The translations under genes and the position numbers were made by a program. The notes beneath the pieces are model-generated. The model ran no database searches. It was given only the letters and a program-made list of their open reading frames with translations, and had not been told where the DNA came from. Positions 41,091-56,126 of a stretch of 64,000 bases of DNA are shown here, in pieces; position 1 is the stretch's first letter, and the number at the start of each line of letters is the position of its first letter. Where the stretch lies: positions 80,228,001 through 80,292,000 of the forward strand of contig OZ024740.1 of assembly GCA_964016885.1 (NCBI GenBank), read 5' to 3'. This stretch comes from Eledone cirrhosa. Lineage: Eukaryota.

Positions 41091-43897
41091 TTCTAGGGCG
41101 GGTAAAATTCCCGAAATCCATGGACGAGTTCTCTCCAGCGGTCTCTGTCCCTCATTATCGCTGCCATGTCCTGCATCTCCAACAGACCTGTGTCTTTCCT
41201 TAGGGCATCAACATACGTTAACCTTGGTCTTCCTCTTCCAGTGTGTCCATGTAGGGGCTCCCACAGCAGCACTGAGTGCAATGTCAACTCTGGATGTCGG
41301 TGAGCATGCCCAGTCTCCTCTGTGTCACCTTTGAGCTGACTTTGGGGAGGCTCCTATACAGCTCTGAGTTTTTCATCCTCAGTGTATACTAATTAATGTT
41401 CAGAGCTATCTTCAGCATTCTCGTGTAGCACCCATTCTCCACCTGAGTGAGTTTCTTGGTTAGTGTCCAAGTCTCAGACCCGTACAGCAGCACAGACTAC
41501 ACTACAGCAATGAAGAGACGGATTTTCAGGTCTTTACGCCACACTCATTGACACGGTCTTAACCTCCTGCATCAAATCCTCTGCATCAAATCCTCTGCCT
41601 CCTTCACTGTATTTGTCACTAAAACTATGTCGTCGGCAAATTCAGCATCCTATATCTGCCGGTGCTACAGTAAAGCCAGAGTCCTGGTGTTTCTCCAGTG
41701 CAAGGCACATACAATAGTCCACTACGATGATAAAAAGGTAGGGAGCTAATGTATCTCCCTGGAGCACTCCAGCCAGTATCTCAAAGAACTCTGTCATCCC
41801 ATCAGGTGTAATGACTTGGGCTTTGGTGTTGGTGTAGAGCAGTGATATCAGGTCCACTATCTTCTTGGGGATTCCATAAGCCTGTAAGATCTCTATTAGG
41901 CAGTGACGGTCCACAAAATCAAAGGTCTTCCTAAAGTCAATGAAAACCATGACCGCAGGAAGCACTTTGCTCTAGCTCCCTCTAATATCTTCCTCAGCAT
42001 CATGATGTGACTGGTGGTTGATCTTCCCTCTCTGAAGCCATTCTGGTTGTCCCTGAGCTTCTTCTCCATCTCAGGCTGGATCCTATTAAGAATCATCCTG
42101 TCGAGGGTCTTTGCCACAAGTGACGTCAGTGAGATCCCCCTGTAGTTGTTGGTGTTAGAGAGATCTCCCTTCTTTGGCACTGGGACGATGTTACTGATCC
42201 TCCACTGATTCGAGGCAACTCCTTTCTCCAGTGCCTGGTTACAGAACCCCAGGATGATATAATCAAAATCACACCTCTTCATCACTTCTGGTGCCACTCC
42301 ATCTTCTCCATGAGCTTTGCCCTCCTTGATCATCTTCTTGGCTCTCCGAAGCTCCTCTCTGGTGAAGGGCTCTGTCTCAATATCCAGTTCTTCAAACAGC
42401 CTCCTGTGGAGGATGGCTCTCATAGTAGGGTTTTAAAATGGCCTAGCCATTTCCTCTTCCTATCCTCGGGCCCTGTTCCCTGGATCTGACTCGAACACCT
42501 TCTCTTCCTCTATGTGATCTCGTTGATGATCATCCAGCTCTCCTTACATCCAGTCCTGTCAACCGCTCTCTCCACACTTCTGATCTTCTCTATCAGTGCC
42601 TCCTCTCTGGCCTCAGTGTAAGCGGTACAGAGTTCTTCCCTCATCACCTCCACAGTCTCCATCCTCTCCTCCGTAGGATCAGCATAGAATTCGTCCATGG
42701 CAGCTTTCAGGTGTTCTCTGTCTGCACACACTTTTGGGTCTGCAGAGCTGACGTGCTTCCTTTTGTTCTTTCTCCTCGGCACCAGGGTATCACTTGCTTT
42801 CCCCACTGCATTGGTAAAGTACCTGTACCTCCTCGTCACACTCTCCTCAGTCCATCCAATCTCTCTCTCCTCTGTCTCTCCACACAGAGCACTGAACCTG
42901 ATCCTCACTTCCACTGTGAACCTCTCCTGTAGCTTATCATCTTCCTTGAAAGCACCCCAGTCATAGATTGCTCTCCGGGGCTGAGCCTTGCTCTTTCTTA
43001 AGCTCACCCGGACCTCACTCATAACAAGCCGGTGATCACTACCCAGTGTACTGAAATAGTTGTATGGTTCTGTCTTCAGAACACTAGTCCGCCACTTTTT
43101 CCTCACCAGAATGAAATCAATCTGGGACTTGGACAGGTGCATATCTGAGATGTAGGTCCACATCTTCCCCGGATTCTTCCTAAACCTTAGGTTGGTCGTT
43201 ATCAAGTTCACCTCCAGCAGGGTGTCTCTCAGTAGTCTTCCATTTCGGTTGGTGTTGTTATGGAAGTATCTGCAAGGATCTTCATTTCCCTCCTTACTCA
43301 GATGTGCATTGAAGTCCCCCAAAACAAGCAGGATGTTGTGTGCTTGTGTGGTGTTGATAGCTCTACACACCTCCTCATGGAACTCTTCCGCACTCACATC
43401 ACTGTCTCCCTCGGTTGGACAATAGGCTGAGATGACTGTCAGTCTTGGGTTTCCATTCAAGGTCACCCTCAACACTCGCGGGGAGACAGGCATTATTTCC
43501 CTCACCAATAGACTGGGTTTTGTGCTGAAAACAAAACCCACTCCTCCAACTGCAGCATTGGTCATGTTCCTCACTGCCGATGTGGTGATGAGCTGGCTCA
43601 TCTTCCCAATCATCACACTCCTCACGGGCTCATCGTGTAGGATCTGTATACCACTCTCCTCGAACAGATGTCCCAACTCCTCTCTCTTCTCCAGCGTCCG
43701 AATAGTCCTCTCATTCAAAGTGCCCATTTTGATGGCTCTTCTGCAGGACTGCATTCTTTATATTTGTCTCAGAGACAGCTGATCCATCATCCACTGGCCC
43801 TCCCTGTGGCTCTAAACCCAGCAGTCATAACGACCAGACTGCTCTTTGACAGTGTATTTAGGGGCTCTAACCCTAGTGCTGTTAGTTACACTCTTCA
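41091..43897 (-). mobile_element. RTE-clade LINE, near full-length, frameshifted and with internal deletions
   Basis: APE (GTLNERT, GGVG, ISAYCPT, LGDFNAH, QIDFIL, GSDH) and RT (NYRGISL, DFRK, GVLQGDTLAP, FADD); C-terminal GRGRPRLTY. Confidence 0.93.
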
Positions 43898-44251
43898 TAT
43901 TTCTTTTCAATGGCTGACAATACCTTACCGGCGCCACTCGAATAAGGTAGTTATTTAACCCATAAATCGGGCCCTAACAGGTACTACTACTCCAGGCCAG
44001 AGCAGACCTGCCTGGGAGATATGACAACTAAGGGGTAAATCCACATTCCCCTAAGCTCCTGAACTCCCGAACAGGAGCCTTGCCACTGGATGTAGTTTAA
44101 TGTCATACCCAGGACATTATTTCTTTTCAATGGCTGACAATACCTTACCGGCGCCACTCGAATAAGGTAGTTATTTAACCCATAAATTGGGCCCTAACAG
44201 GTACTACTACTCCGGGCCAGAGCAGACCTGGGAGATATGACAACTAAGTGG

Positions 44252-44252
<1 letters not shown>
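43898..44252 (-). repeat. Tandem duplication (~219 bp period) upstream of the RTE, probably 5'UTR
   Basis: 43898-44035 repeated at 44117-44250. Confidence 0.75.
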
Positions 44253-44283
<31 letters not shown>

Positions 44284-44287
44284 GTAC

Positions 44288-44490
44288 GTTATTCCGGGTT
44301 GAATCGGAGGTAACCACAGTAAGTAAGGTACTCAATACATAGCAGAGTATAAAGGTTTTAATATAGATGAGATTCTACAGGACTAGAACTGTTTCATTCT
44401 TCAGAAATCATCAGGAATCGCTGATTCCTGATGATTTCTGAAGAATGAAACAGTTCTAGTCCTGTGGAATCTGATCTATATTAAAACCTA
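44288..44490. mobile_element. Family C palindrome with two opposed hammerheads
   Basis: Minus HHR 44371-44419 gattc-CTGATGA..GAAACAG..CTGTA-gaatc; plus HHR 44423-44471 has GTG at the cleavage site. Confidence 0.9.
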
Positions 44491-44508
44491 TATATATATA
44501 TATATATA

Positions 44509-44722
44509 TAGTAATAATAATAAATGTGAAGACCAAAATCCAAAGAGATTGATTTATTTAGTTTCAGAAGATCCCGTTAAGGGTGAAAGCAGAGATTCTT
44601 TGCTTAAACTTTAATCTGTTATTTTAATAAATATTCGGTCTAGGGTTCTTATGTATTTGATATATATTTATCCTTATCGAACCCTCTTTGGATTTTAGTC
44701 TTCACATTTATTATTATTACTA
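44509..44722 (+). mobile_element. Family B copy with CAGAAGA hammerhead (44546-44619) and short inverted left arm
   Basis: gttt-CAGAAGA-tcccgttaagggt-GAAAGCA..TGCTT-aaac. Confidence 0.85.
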
Positions 44723-44728
44723 TATATA

Positions 44729-44810
<82 letters not shown>

Positions 44811-45314
44811 ACGTGTGATTAGAACGTGTATATATATATATATATAGTAACGTGTGATAAGAAACTATGAGCGGAATTGGAAATTTATGAGAAAGTTAGA
44901 GGCTCCATTGAAATTTTAATTATGGGACAATGTGTAGTTCTAAATACTTGAGAGGATGGTTATTGCTTGAAATGTCTTTTTCAGTCGGGTCTGACATATT
45001 GTTGAACAACAAAGAGATTGTCGATATTATATTGATCTTGATGCTATCTACAAGTGGGAGTTATAAGACTCTATGAGTAACCATTTAAATATTACATGAT
45101 TTAATCATAAATAACGAAGAACACTCGTGACAAGCTATGAATCACACGATATTTGGTTAGTTGAAACACTTGAACTATTTATAGGTCTTATTAGAAAACC
45201 CATACATAAATAAATATATGAATATATATCTCTGTAAATCACAAAACCAAAAGTAAAGTACTTAAACGATTATTAAATGATGGAAAATCTATCTATCAAT
45301 CAATCAATCAATCA

Positions 45315-45352
<38 letters not shown>

Positions 45353-45353
45353 A

Positions 45354-45889
45354 ACACCGCCTCCCCCCTTCAAAGATGAAGCAGAGGCGGTGTTTCTGTG
45401 CGTAATAGCCATGGCGAAAGAGGTTGTATGGTGGACGCGTCTGAAAGGACTGAGGTCAGGCACCTTTCTCTCTGGCCAACAACTGGTCCGTTTCTTCCGA
45501 TATCATTTCGGAAGAAGGATCAGGATGGAGAGAGAGGTGCTGCACCCCAGCCGTTTCTATGAAAGATGGGTGAAAGTGGCGAGAATGGCCCGTGTGAATG
45601 GGCCTTCACTCTACATCAGACTATAGGTGAGGAAGATGAAAGACCAAGGGAGCACCCCTTCTCTGTGCTCCTGAGGAGAAGGGTTGCACACTTTTTTCGG
45701 GGGTGTGTGCGACCCCCCAAGGCGCCTCCTCTCTATTGAGGATTTTGTTAAAAATTTTATTTTTTGTTATATCTTATTTTATTTTTATATTTTGTTATTG
45801 CCTCCTCCTTATTGAGGACGCCTTTTTGTGTAAACTCCCCCCTTTGTACTTGTCCCACTTTTGATGCCCTAGTGGCAAATAAAAGAAAC
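45354..45889 (+). mobile_element. 3' fragment of a second Tx1 family in (TCTA)n
   Basis: AMAKEVVWWTRLKGL..ERWVKVARMARVNGPSL homologous to ORF2 C-terminus; (TCTA)n on both flanks. Confidence 0.9.
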
Positions 45890-46074
45890 ATATCTATCTA
45901 TCTATCTATCTATCGCTTTCTCTCTCTCTTCCATTTCCGCCACTGTTATGCAGATCAGTGCTTTAGCGAAAGAAGTACTATTGGACGATACACATTACAC
46001 GCCATCTTATTTTTGATCACCAAGACACCCAAAGGAAGAAGAAAAAAGAAGACAAGATACTTCTTATCTATAAG

Positions 46075-46282
46075 AATGGTTTCTTATATAGGCACAAGAC
46101 CAGCAATTTTTGGAGAGGGGAAAGTCGATTAAATCGACCCAGTGCGTGACTGGTACTTTATTTTATCGACCCCGTAAGGATGAAAGACAAAGTTAATCTT
46201 GGCGGCATTTGAACTCAGACCATAAAGGACCGTAACTCTTTGTTGCAAAGCATGGCGTCAGACCCTCTCTCAATACTGCCAA
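46075..46282 (-). mobile_element. Major SINE copy
   Basis: Same head, core and tail. Confidence 0.85.
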
Positions 46283-46699
46283 CCTGGAGCGAAAGATATG
46301 TAGAAGTGTGCAGTATGAGTATTTAATATTGCCTCAAAGTTTTCCGTTGACCCTTGTGATGTGCAGCCGACTGTCGAACTTGGTGGTGAATTGATGGTTG
46401 TTTTCGTTTGTTTTTTCTTTGCTTGGATCATTTATGTTTGTGCAATATATTTGTGAAGTTCCTAGCAATAATTAATTGTATTCATTATATGTGTTTATAT
46501 TTGTGTTTAAATGTTCATTCTGTAAAAAAAAATAATAAACAATTTGTAAAGTTATTTATATAACTGAATAATAAAAACTAAGACACTTTTAAAATATACA
46601 TCCTTGTTTGTACTTTGTTCATGCACTAAATAGAAGACCAGATACTAAAATATATACACATAAGGCTACTAAAAGTTCAAGGCAAAGCTCGAAGTATTT

Positions 46700-46900
46700 T
46701 TTAAACTTCGAAGAAACAGAAACGGGCAAAACCAACCGGCAGGAGACCCGAGATAGATGGTTGGATAACATCCATAAGCTTGACTAGTATCGCTCATTTG
46801 GATACAGTTACTTCTGACAGAACGCGCTGGAAAGAGTATTTGAGGAATCTGTCCCCACGATCCTCTCAGGAATAAGTGGACGAAGGAAAAGAAGGAAGAT
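46700..46900 (+). mobile_element. RTE-like 3' remnant (relative at 50830-51235, followed by (AAG)n)
   Basis: gcaaaaccaac.ggcaggagaccc..gatggttggataacatcca shared between both loci. Confidence 0.6.
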
Positions 46901-47310
46901 AAACGACTAGAAGAGATAGATAAGGCAACTTCCCAGCTGGTAATAAATGGTTTAATCACTTCAAACAAAGAAATAAAATGCTATGATATGCGACTAACAG
47001 AAAAGTAGTTGAGAAGTTAAATGAAACTTTGAAAAATTATTTAGCAGGACAGATTTTCAACGTGGGTGAGATTAACTTATACTGGAAAATTTCCCCCGTG
47101 CTGCTTCTTCTTCTTCTTCTTCTTCTTCTTCTTCTTCTTCTTCTTCTCCCCCCCCCCCCTCCTCCTCCTCTTCCTCCTCTTTTTCTTCTTCTTATTCCTC
47201 CTCCTTCTCCTACACTTCTTCCCCCTCCTTTTCCCCCTCCTTATCCTCCTCCTCGTCCTCCTTCTCCTTGATAGGTCAATTCATCCATATGCATTTTGTG
47301 ATATAGATAG

Positions 47311-50300
47311 ATTTCTTTATTTGCCACAAGGGTGCACAAGAAAAAGGGACAATACAAAGACACATGCCGGGGATTTTACATACAGTCGTGTAAAAAAAAA
47401 AAATATATATAAAACAAACAATTATAACAATCGAAATCCCCAATAGAGGGGAAGCGCCACAAATGGGCTGTTTAATACCCCGTCGATAGAACAACCCTCA
47501 ACTTCAGGAGCATGTTGTGCAAGTGCTCCCTTATTCCTTTTGCTCTCTTCTTTAACCTACAGGCTTATAAACAGAGAAGGCCCAATCACTCGGGCCATTT
47601 TCGCTTCATTCATCCACCTTTCAGTAAATTTACTGGGGTGCAATGCCTCTCTCTCCACTCTGATTCTCCTTCTAAAGTGATACTTAAAGAAGGGAATCAA
47701 TTGTTGTCCGGAGAGAAAGGCATCTGTCCTCAGTCCTCTCAATCTCGTCCACCATATAACCTCTTTCACCATAGCGGAGAAAACCGTACAGAGGAAAACC
47801 GCCTCTCTTTCGTTTTTGAAAGAGGCTGGCGGTTTTATCCTTACTATGGACTCGCCGGTCAAGTGGATTTGTCCCATACGCGACAGCAGTTGTTCTGCAT
47901 AGTTCCACAGGTCGGTTACGCCCGGGCAGTGTACAATTGCGTGCAGGACTGTTTCAATGTCCTGCGCGCATCTTGGACACGTCCTCTTGGAAGGATCCTG
48001 CCGGGGCGTCCGTGCCTGTAGATCTTATCTCGAACGGGTAGAGCTCCTCGGTAGTACTGCCAGGCCAGAGAAATCTGGAAGTTGTCCATAGGTCCCGGGC
48101 GGAAAGTCCTACCGAACAGACTGGTGAGCTCGTCGTCTTCGACGCCTAGAGTTTCCCTGAGCACGTCGTTGCACTTGTAAAGTACTAACCCTCTATAGAA
48201 TGTCGAAGTGGAGTCTCCACTGACTGCTGTTCCCGATTGACAGAGGACTGTGAGCGCCTGGGCGCATTCAATGTGCCAGGCGCCCATTTTCTTCGGTCTT
48301 CGTTTGACCCAGGACTGCAGCTCCGTCAGCGAGACAAGTTGTGGGAAGGCCTGTCTCACAAACGGTGCCCACACCGGTTGGTCGGTGAGGTATACCTCAA
48401 GATGGCGTAGTCTCAGTGCATGTTTGCGCATCATTAGCAATGGCATTCCCAGCCCTCCGTTGGAAGGTGTTGACAGCAGACGGATCTCCTCACCAGTGGA
48501 GCCTGCTTCTTCCACAGGAACTGGAAGAGCATGCGTTCCATTTTGGTAAGGTATTCACGGGGACAAGGCACGACAGTCAAGCGGTAGTAGATGACGGACG
48601 CTATGAAAGTGTTCGCCAACTCCGCTCGACCTTTCAAAGACAGTTTGCACTCTGCCCACTTCTGGGTGAGTGCAAATACCTTGGCCATGACCTCGTTCCA
48701 GTTTTTCTCCACCTGGAGGTTTGGAACGAACCAGACCCCGGGCAATTTGACCTGTCCTTCCGTCCAGCGTCCGACGACGCTGTCGGACGGCATCGGTTTG
48801 CCTCTCCACGTTCCGAGCTGCAAACCGACAGACTTGTCTGGGTTCAGTTTTGCTCCTGTGAACCTTTCGTATTCCTGTAGTAGGTTGCCGATTACCTCGA
48901 TTTCCGAGGTTTTCGATACCATTACCGCCACGTCGTCGGCATAAGCCGACGCCGCTTTTTGCACTCCCGGTTCTAGAGGGTTGCTCTGCAAAAGCTCCAA
49001 CTTCCGCAGTAGTGGCTCTAGAGTCAATGCGTACAGAATGGAGGAGAGAGGGCATCCCTGTCGAATGGAACACATGATTGCGAACGGCTCCGATAGGTAG
49101 CCGTTCACCTTAACCTTCGAGCAGATGCTGGTGTGCATCGCCTTGATCCAGCCTCTGAAAACGGGACCGAAACCAGCCACCTTGAGAACCGCTTCCAAGT
49201 ATCGATGGTCGACCCTATCGAATGCCTTAGACTGATCTAAATTGATCAGAGCCCCACCGAAGCCGGGTTTACACCCCGCCTTCTCTGTGATGTATCGCAT
49301 GAGGTGGAGGTTGTCGTGTATGGACCTGGTCGGATTGCACACGTTTGCGCTTTCCCTACCAGGTTTTCGACGACAAGCGCCAGCCTCGTTGCTAGCACCT
49401 TGGCCAAAATCTTTAACTCTGTGTTGAGCAGAGTTATGGGCCTGAAATTGTTTGTTTCGTACCCCTTGTTCTCGTCTTTCCTGATCAGCGTTACTACGCC
49501 CTTGCCTGCAGAGCTGGGAATTGTCCCGTTCTGCTGCCAATTGCAGTAGACGGTTCGAGGACGCCAGAGAACAAGTCCAGCATGCCTATGTAAAACTCAT
49601 AGGGTAGACCATCTAGACCGGGTGATTTGCGTTTCCCGCAGCAGTCCAGAGCGTCCCGTATCTCAGTGGCTGTGATCGGTCTTTCGCAGAACTCGCCGTC
49701 CATGCTCGAGAGACGCAGCAGGCCGTCGAGGTATGAACCAAAGTCCATTGCCCCGTTCGGTGCACCGTCATTCTGCTCAAACAGTCGCGCAAAGTGCCGC
49801 TGAAAGGCCGTGCACATCTGCCTGGGGTCAAGTCCGTTTTGGTCTTTCAAAGACCGAATCGTGGACTTGTTGCCACTTTTCGCTTCCGCCACTCGGGCCC
49901 AGCTAACAGCTTTTGCTCTCTCGTCTCCTAGAGCACGTGATTTACTTCTGACCACGCAGCCTTCGTGTTTCGCGTAGAAGAACTCGTCCAGTGCCGTTCT
50001 CGATGCTAGCACTATAGCTGCGTTGCCACTCCTAAGCGCCTCTTCTACTTTGGCTACTAGTTCTGTTTCTGATTTGTTTTTCTCTAAAGCTAATTCTCTG
50101 ATAAATCCTATCGATTCTACTCTAATTGCTCTCTTGAGGGAGTACCACCATCTATTGTTGACGATGGCTCCCGTCAACTCTTGCTTAACTAATCTACTTA
50201 TCCGTTCACTGTAGGCTTTTTGTGCCGGCAACGACACGTTCAGCTTCCAGTATCCGGGTCCTTGTCTATGTATTCTATCACGGTTGACTATGCAGACGAC

Positions 50301-50328
50301 TAGTTTGTGATCTGAATAGGCAACCATG
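47311..50328 (-). mobile_element. 5'-truncated Tx1 LINE ORF2 (frameshifted), second family
   Basis: YSDHK, GPGYWKLN, LDQSKAFDRVDH, RQGCPLS, AYADD; GATA-type flanks. Confidence 0.93.
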
Positions 50329-51973
50329 TGCAGAAAAAATAGCGAGATAGAGATAGAGATAAATACAAAGAGAGTGAGTGACGTCCATCTTTCTAGTTAT
50401 TGTAAAAAAACATCAAATGTATTTATTTCATGACATTAATAACGAAAACTATCAAGGAATTTTAAGTTGAAGTTGAAGTTATGCATGAGACCATAAAACA
50501 AATTATTTTGTCTTTTGAAAAGAGAAGGAAGGAGGCGCGTTCGTATAATTTTGATATATGTACGTTTAAATCAAATACCATTGTTGTAATAACGATTCAT
50601 TCAATGGAAGTCCAAAATTCAGTTAATATTTTCTCATGAATTTTCACCTTATATATATATATATCGATATTCCTGTCTGGAATTTCATTTCATTTAAATT
50701 GATTTTCTTCATTATTTGAACGGTTTCCACGATACAAAGGCTCCATATAACTTGGAGAGGATATTTAAAGTTTAGAGCAGTAATCAGAAGAGAGGTTGGT
50801 GTAAAAGACAAACTCGCTATCTTCTATACGGTATTCGTGCCAACCATTACTTATGGTCATGAATCTTTGGTAAAGACTGAAAGAATACGATCGCAAGGGC
50901 CTTTGGAATAACGTTACTCGATAGAGTGCGTAGTTCGGATATCAGAGTCACTTTAGGTAGAGCCGCTACTTTTCCGCATTGAGAGATCACAGCTCCGTTA
51001 TTACGGGCAAAAACCAACTGGCAGGAGACCCAAGGATAGACCCCGAGCAAGATGGTTGGATAACATCCATGTGCTTGGCTGGTCTCACTTGGGGGTCCAG
51101 CGAGATCATTTGGACGCGGTTGCTTTTGACAGGACACGCTGGAAGGAGTATTTCAGGTCTCAGCCCTCAAGGCTTTTTCAAAAGAAGAAGAAGAAGAAGA
51201 AGAAGAAGAAGAAGAAGAAGAAGAAGAAGAAGAATAATGTAAAGTAACAGCTTCTTTACTTATTTCTCACTGACATTTTAATAAAGAAATTTCTGTTATA
51301 CGTTGGACGGATGTGATAAAAAATTCGTAAAATATCTCTCTAGCATATATTTAAGAAACTGTGAATATTTATATAGCCTTCCTTTCGTAATCTAATGAAC
51401 AACGTTATCAATCCCTAAAGATATATTACTTAATATTTTTGTAATGATTCTCTTAAGAAATAATTTAATAATCTTCATGTTACTGTAATGACGTTGGTAT
51501 GAACGCGATTTAGAAATACTCAGTTATTATATACAACTTCGGTGGCTTTACTGATTCCGACTGGATAAAGCAGATATAATATTTTTTGACAAGAGAAGAC
51601 AATTAAATAAAGAATACGATGAGATAGTCTGAAGATTATTAAAAAGAAATAACAATCTTTCTAACAATCTGAAACGTAAGATGCTAAAGAATACTAACAA
51701 ACTAAAAAAAAAGCAACAACAAAGAAACATGCAGAATTAAGAGCGCCGCCTTCGTACGCAATTTTAAAAATTACAAAACACCATAACAATATTGCGGCGT
51801 AAATCTATGGTTAAGAAGTTTGATTCGCAACCATATGGTTTGGGCTTCAGTCTCACTGCGTGGCATATTGGGAAGGTGTCTTTTATTCAAAAGCCTTGGG
51901 TTCCCGAATGTCTTATGAGTTGCACATACACACATACACAAACGTATATATGTATATATATATATATATAAAT

Positions 51974-52022
<49 letters not shown>

Positions 52023-52121
52023 GAGAGAGAGAGCGAGAGGTAGAACACTGGAAGGTAATATCCGTAGTGGTAGAGCACTCAGTCCATGGAACGAGTTTGG
52101 TAAAAGTAATATGTATATATA

Positions 52122-52215
52122 CGGCAGTACATATTCTAAAATTTGAACGATACAGAGATTAGCATGGCCCCTGCGCAAGGATGACACGCAAATTCGTGAA
52201 GCGTTCCATATTTTT
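52122..52215 (+). pseudogene. U6: U6 snRNA retrocopy
   Basis: cggcagtacatattctaaaatttgaacgatacagagattagcatggcccctgcgcaaggatgacacgcaaattcgtgaagcgttccatattttt matches U6; lacks the first ~10 nt and 3 nt after ACAGAG; (TA)n upstream instead of a promoter. Confidence 0.93.
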
Positions 52216-52486
52216 CACAAGGGCGGTGCCCCAGCATGGCCTCAGCCGGATGGCTGGAACAGGTAAAAGAGTATATATATATATTTCCTGAGTCCTGTAT
52301 TTTCGTTGCTATTTTCGCTATATTTGATATGCTAAGCTGTCTAAACGTATTGTTATTACTCTGGGGTACTATCCCCATCCGAGTGCTAAATCTACATACC
52401 GAATTTGCATTCGTTAGCTTGGCCGCAAACTAAAGCTTCGTTAATGCTGTACTAAAATTTATATATATATATATATATATATGAAA

Positions 52487-52677
52487 TAATTGTTTCTACT
52501 TTAAACACAAGGCAAGCAATTACCCAGTGCATTACTGGTACTTTATTTTATCGACCCCGTTAGGATGAAAGGCAAAGTCAGCCTCGGCGGGATTTGAACT
52601 CAGATCGTAAAGGGACGTAACTATGCTGGAAAGCATGGCGTCCGACCCTCTACCGATACTGCCAATCCACCGCCCTT
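52487..52677 (-). mobile_element. Major SINE copy
   Basis: Full head gggcggtggattggcag; TSD atatatgaaataat. Confidence 0.88.
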
Positions 52678-52689
52678 ATATATGAAATA

Positions 52690-52862
52690 ATGAAATAGAA
52701 GCTTTCGCCGTATTTTTGACGTCAATACTCGCCTTTTTCCATTTCTTAGAGGGCTCTAAACCCCACTATCAGGCTTAAATTTCTTTAGTAAAAAAATACG
52801 GCGAAAGCTTCTATTCCTAATTTCCAACTCTCTAGCTGTTTCAAAACATACCAACTTGTCAG

Positions 52863-52866
<4 letters not shown>
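52690..52866. mobile_element. Family A copy with short inverted left arm
   Basis: Matches 12510-12611 and 12745-12870. Confidence 0.75.
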
Positions 52867-53832
<966 letters not shown>

Positions 53833-53836
<4 letters not shown>

Positions 53837-54570
53837 GTATGTTTCATTAAAAACATTTTGAAGACTTGCGCTATCATTTTTAAAGAGGTGGCCATGTCAC
53901 TTTCTTCTTTTTTTTCGGCAAAAGAAGGGAGAGAAGCTAACAGAGTCTGTTTCACACTGTTGGTGATCATCAGAGCAACGTACCGAAAATCATAGAAGCT
54001 GGATTCTTATAGAATTCCAGTAATAATCAGGAGCTGATTTATACAGAGCGATTGCCGGTCCAACAAAATTAGGTATTAGGATTGGTGCTCTGAAATAGCG
54101 AGGTATACATGAATGTATGTATAGTATATTTGGCAATATACCGTATGTTTAATTATATACATACATTCATGTATACATCGCTATTTCAGAACACCAATCC
54201 TAATACCTAATTTTTGCTGGACCGTCAATCGTTCTGTATAATCAGCTCCTGATTATTACTGGAATCCTATAAGAATCCAGCTTCTATGATTTTCGGCAAT
54301 TGCTCTGATGATCACCAACAGTGTGAAACAGACTCTGTTAGCTTCTCTTCCTTCTTTTGCCGAAAAAAAAAGAAAAAAGTGTGAAACAGACACTGTTAGC
54401 TTCTCTCCCTTCTTTTGCTGAAAAAAAGAAGTATGTGACATAGTCACTACTTTAAAAATGATAGCGCAAGGTCTTCAAAATGTTTTTAATTAAACATACA
54501 GTGTATTGCCAAATATACTATACATACATTCATGTATACATAGCTATTTCAGAGCACCAATCCTAATACC
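53833..54570. mobile_element. Family E palindrome, second locus; hammerheads at 53936-53976 (-) and 54302-54342 (+)
   Basis: gct-CTGATGA-tcac caaca gtgt-GAA-ACAGA c TCTGT-T-agc. Confidence 0.9.
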
Positions 54571-54799
54571 ATATATATATATATACATGCCAACATAAGA
54601 GCAAGAATGAAGGGTTCATTCTACTGACATGGCTATAAAATTGAGTCTTGTTTGCTAATTGCAAACGAATCGAATGTTATTATTAACTTTGTCTTTCATC
54701 CTTACGGGGTCGATAAAATAAAGTACCAGTAATACACTGGGTAATTGCTGGCCTTGTGCCTAACGTAGAAACAATTATTAATATTCGAAAAACTCAGAT

Positions 54800-54921
<122 letters not shown>

Positions 54922-55049
54922 TATACATATATATATATATCTATATATATATATATATACATATAAAATCAAAAATCCAAGGCAATTAAGGCTTGTGAAC
55001 ACAAACGGTATAAAACTTTCCTGTATTACAGCCCTACATTATATCATAA

Positions 55050-55232
55050 TTGGCAGTATCGGTAGAGTGTTGGACGCCATGCTTTGATGCATAGAGTTAC
55101 GGCCCTTGCCATTCTGAGTTCAGATCCCGCCTAGGTTAACTTTGCCTTTCTTCCTTACGGGGTCGATAAAATAAAGTACCAGTAATGCACTGGGATAAAT
55201 TGCTGGCCTTGTGCCAATAGTAGAAACAATTA
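55050..55232 (+). mobile_element. Major SINE copy (a 3' half-copy also at 54684-54780)
   Basis: TSD attatatcataa. Confidence 0.85.
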
Positions 55233-55627
55233 TATCATAACGGATAGTGCGGACAATATGTAGATAATATACGTTATGATCCGGTAGCTCAGTACATTTT
55301 ATTTTTGTACCATTATTTATTTGTATATGTAGGTACACCTTATCCATATGTTTGTGTATGAGTGTATATATATGTATACGTATGTATATATGTGTGTATT
55401 TATATATATGTATATATGTATGGATATTTGTACACATGTATATAAGTATGTGTATATGTGTATGTATATATATATATGTATATGTGTAGATATGTATGCG
55501 TACATGTGTATATATATATGTGTGTGTATATATGTGTGTATATACGTATATGTGTTTGTGTATAGGTGTATTTATTACCCTTTGCAAGTAGGAGTTCGCG
55601 CACGTGCGTGTACATGTATTTGTCTAT

Positions 55628-55688
<61 letters not shown>

Positions 55689-55959
55689 CGTAAGCGCTTA
55701 TTTATGTACGGTCTTTAATCCTATAACAGTACTTTAATTTTCATTATTTCCTATTACTATTAATAACTTCTGTCATTTACGTTTTTATTTACATTATTCT
55801 ATTTATTTTATTTACATTATTCTCAAACTCCGGAGCTAGAAATCATTCGGTTATTCTAAATAGAATATTAGTCCGTTGATTTCTATTATAGCATAAACGT
55901 GTTTTTGTCTTTACAAGACATTGTTCTTCTCGCTCCACATAACGATTAATTATCCACGC

Positions 55960-56126
55960 ATTTTTTCTGTCTATCGCCACTGAATGTCTCCACAAACCAA
56001 CGTCTTTCCTTCGGTTGTAACGTGTTTTGAAATATTTACTTCTGCGCCCACATATTGATTTTTTTAGTTTCAGAAGATCCCGTTAAGGGTGAAAGCAGCG
56101 ATTCTTTGCTTAGACTTTTATCTGTC

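Noticed and set aside
52122-52215. Functional U6 gene
   Set aside because: 5' truncated, deletion beside the ACAGAGA box, no upstream PSE/TATA context
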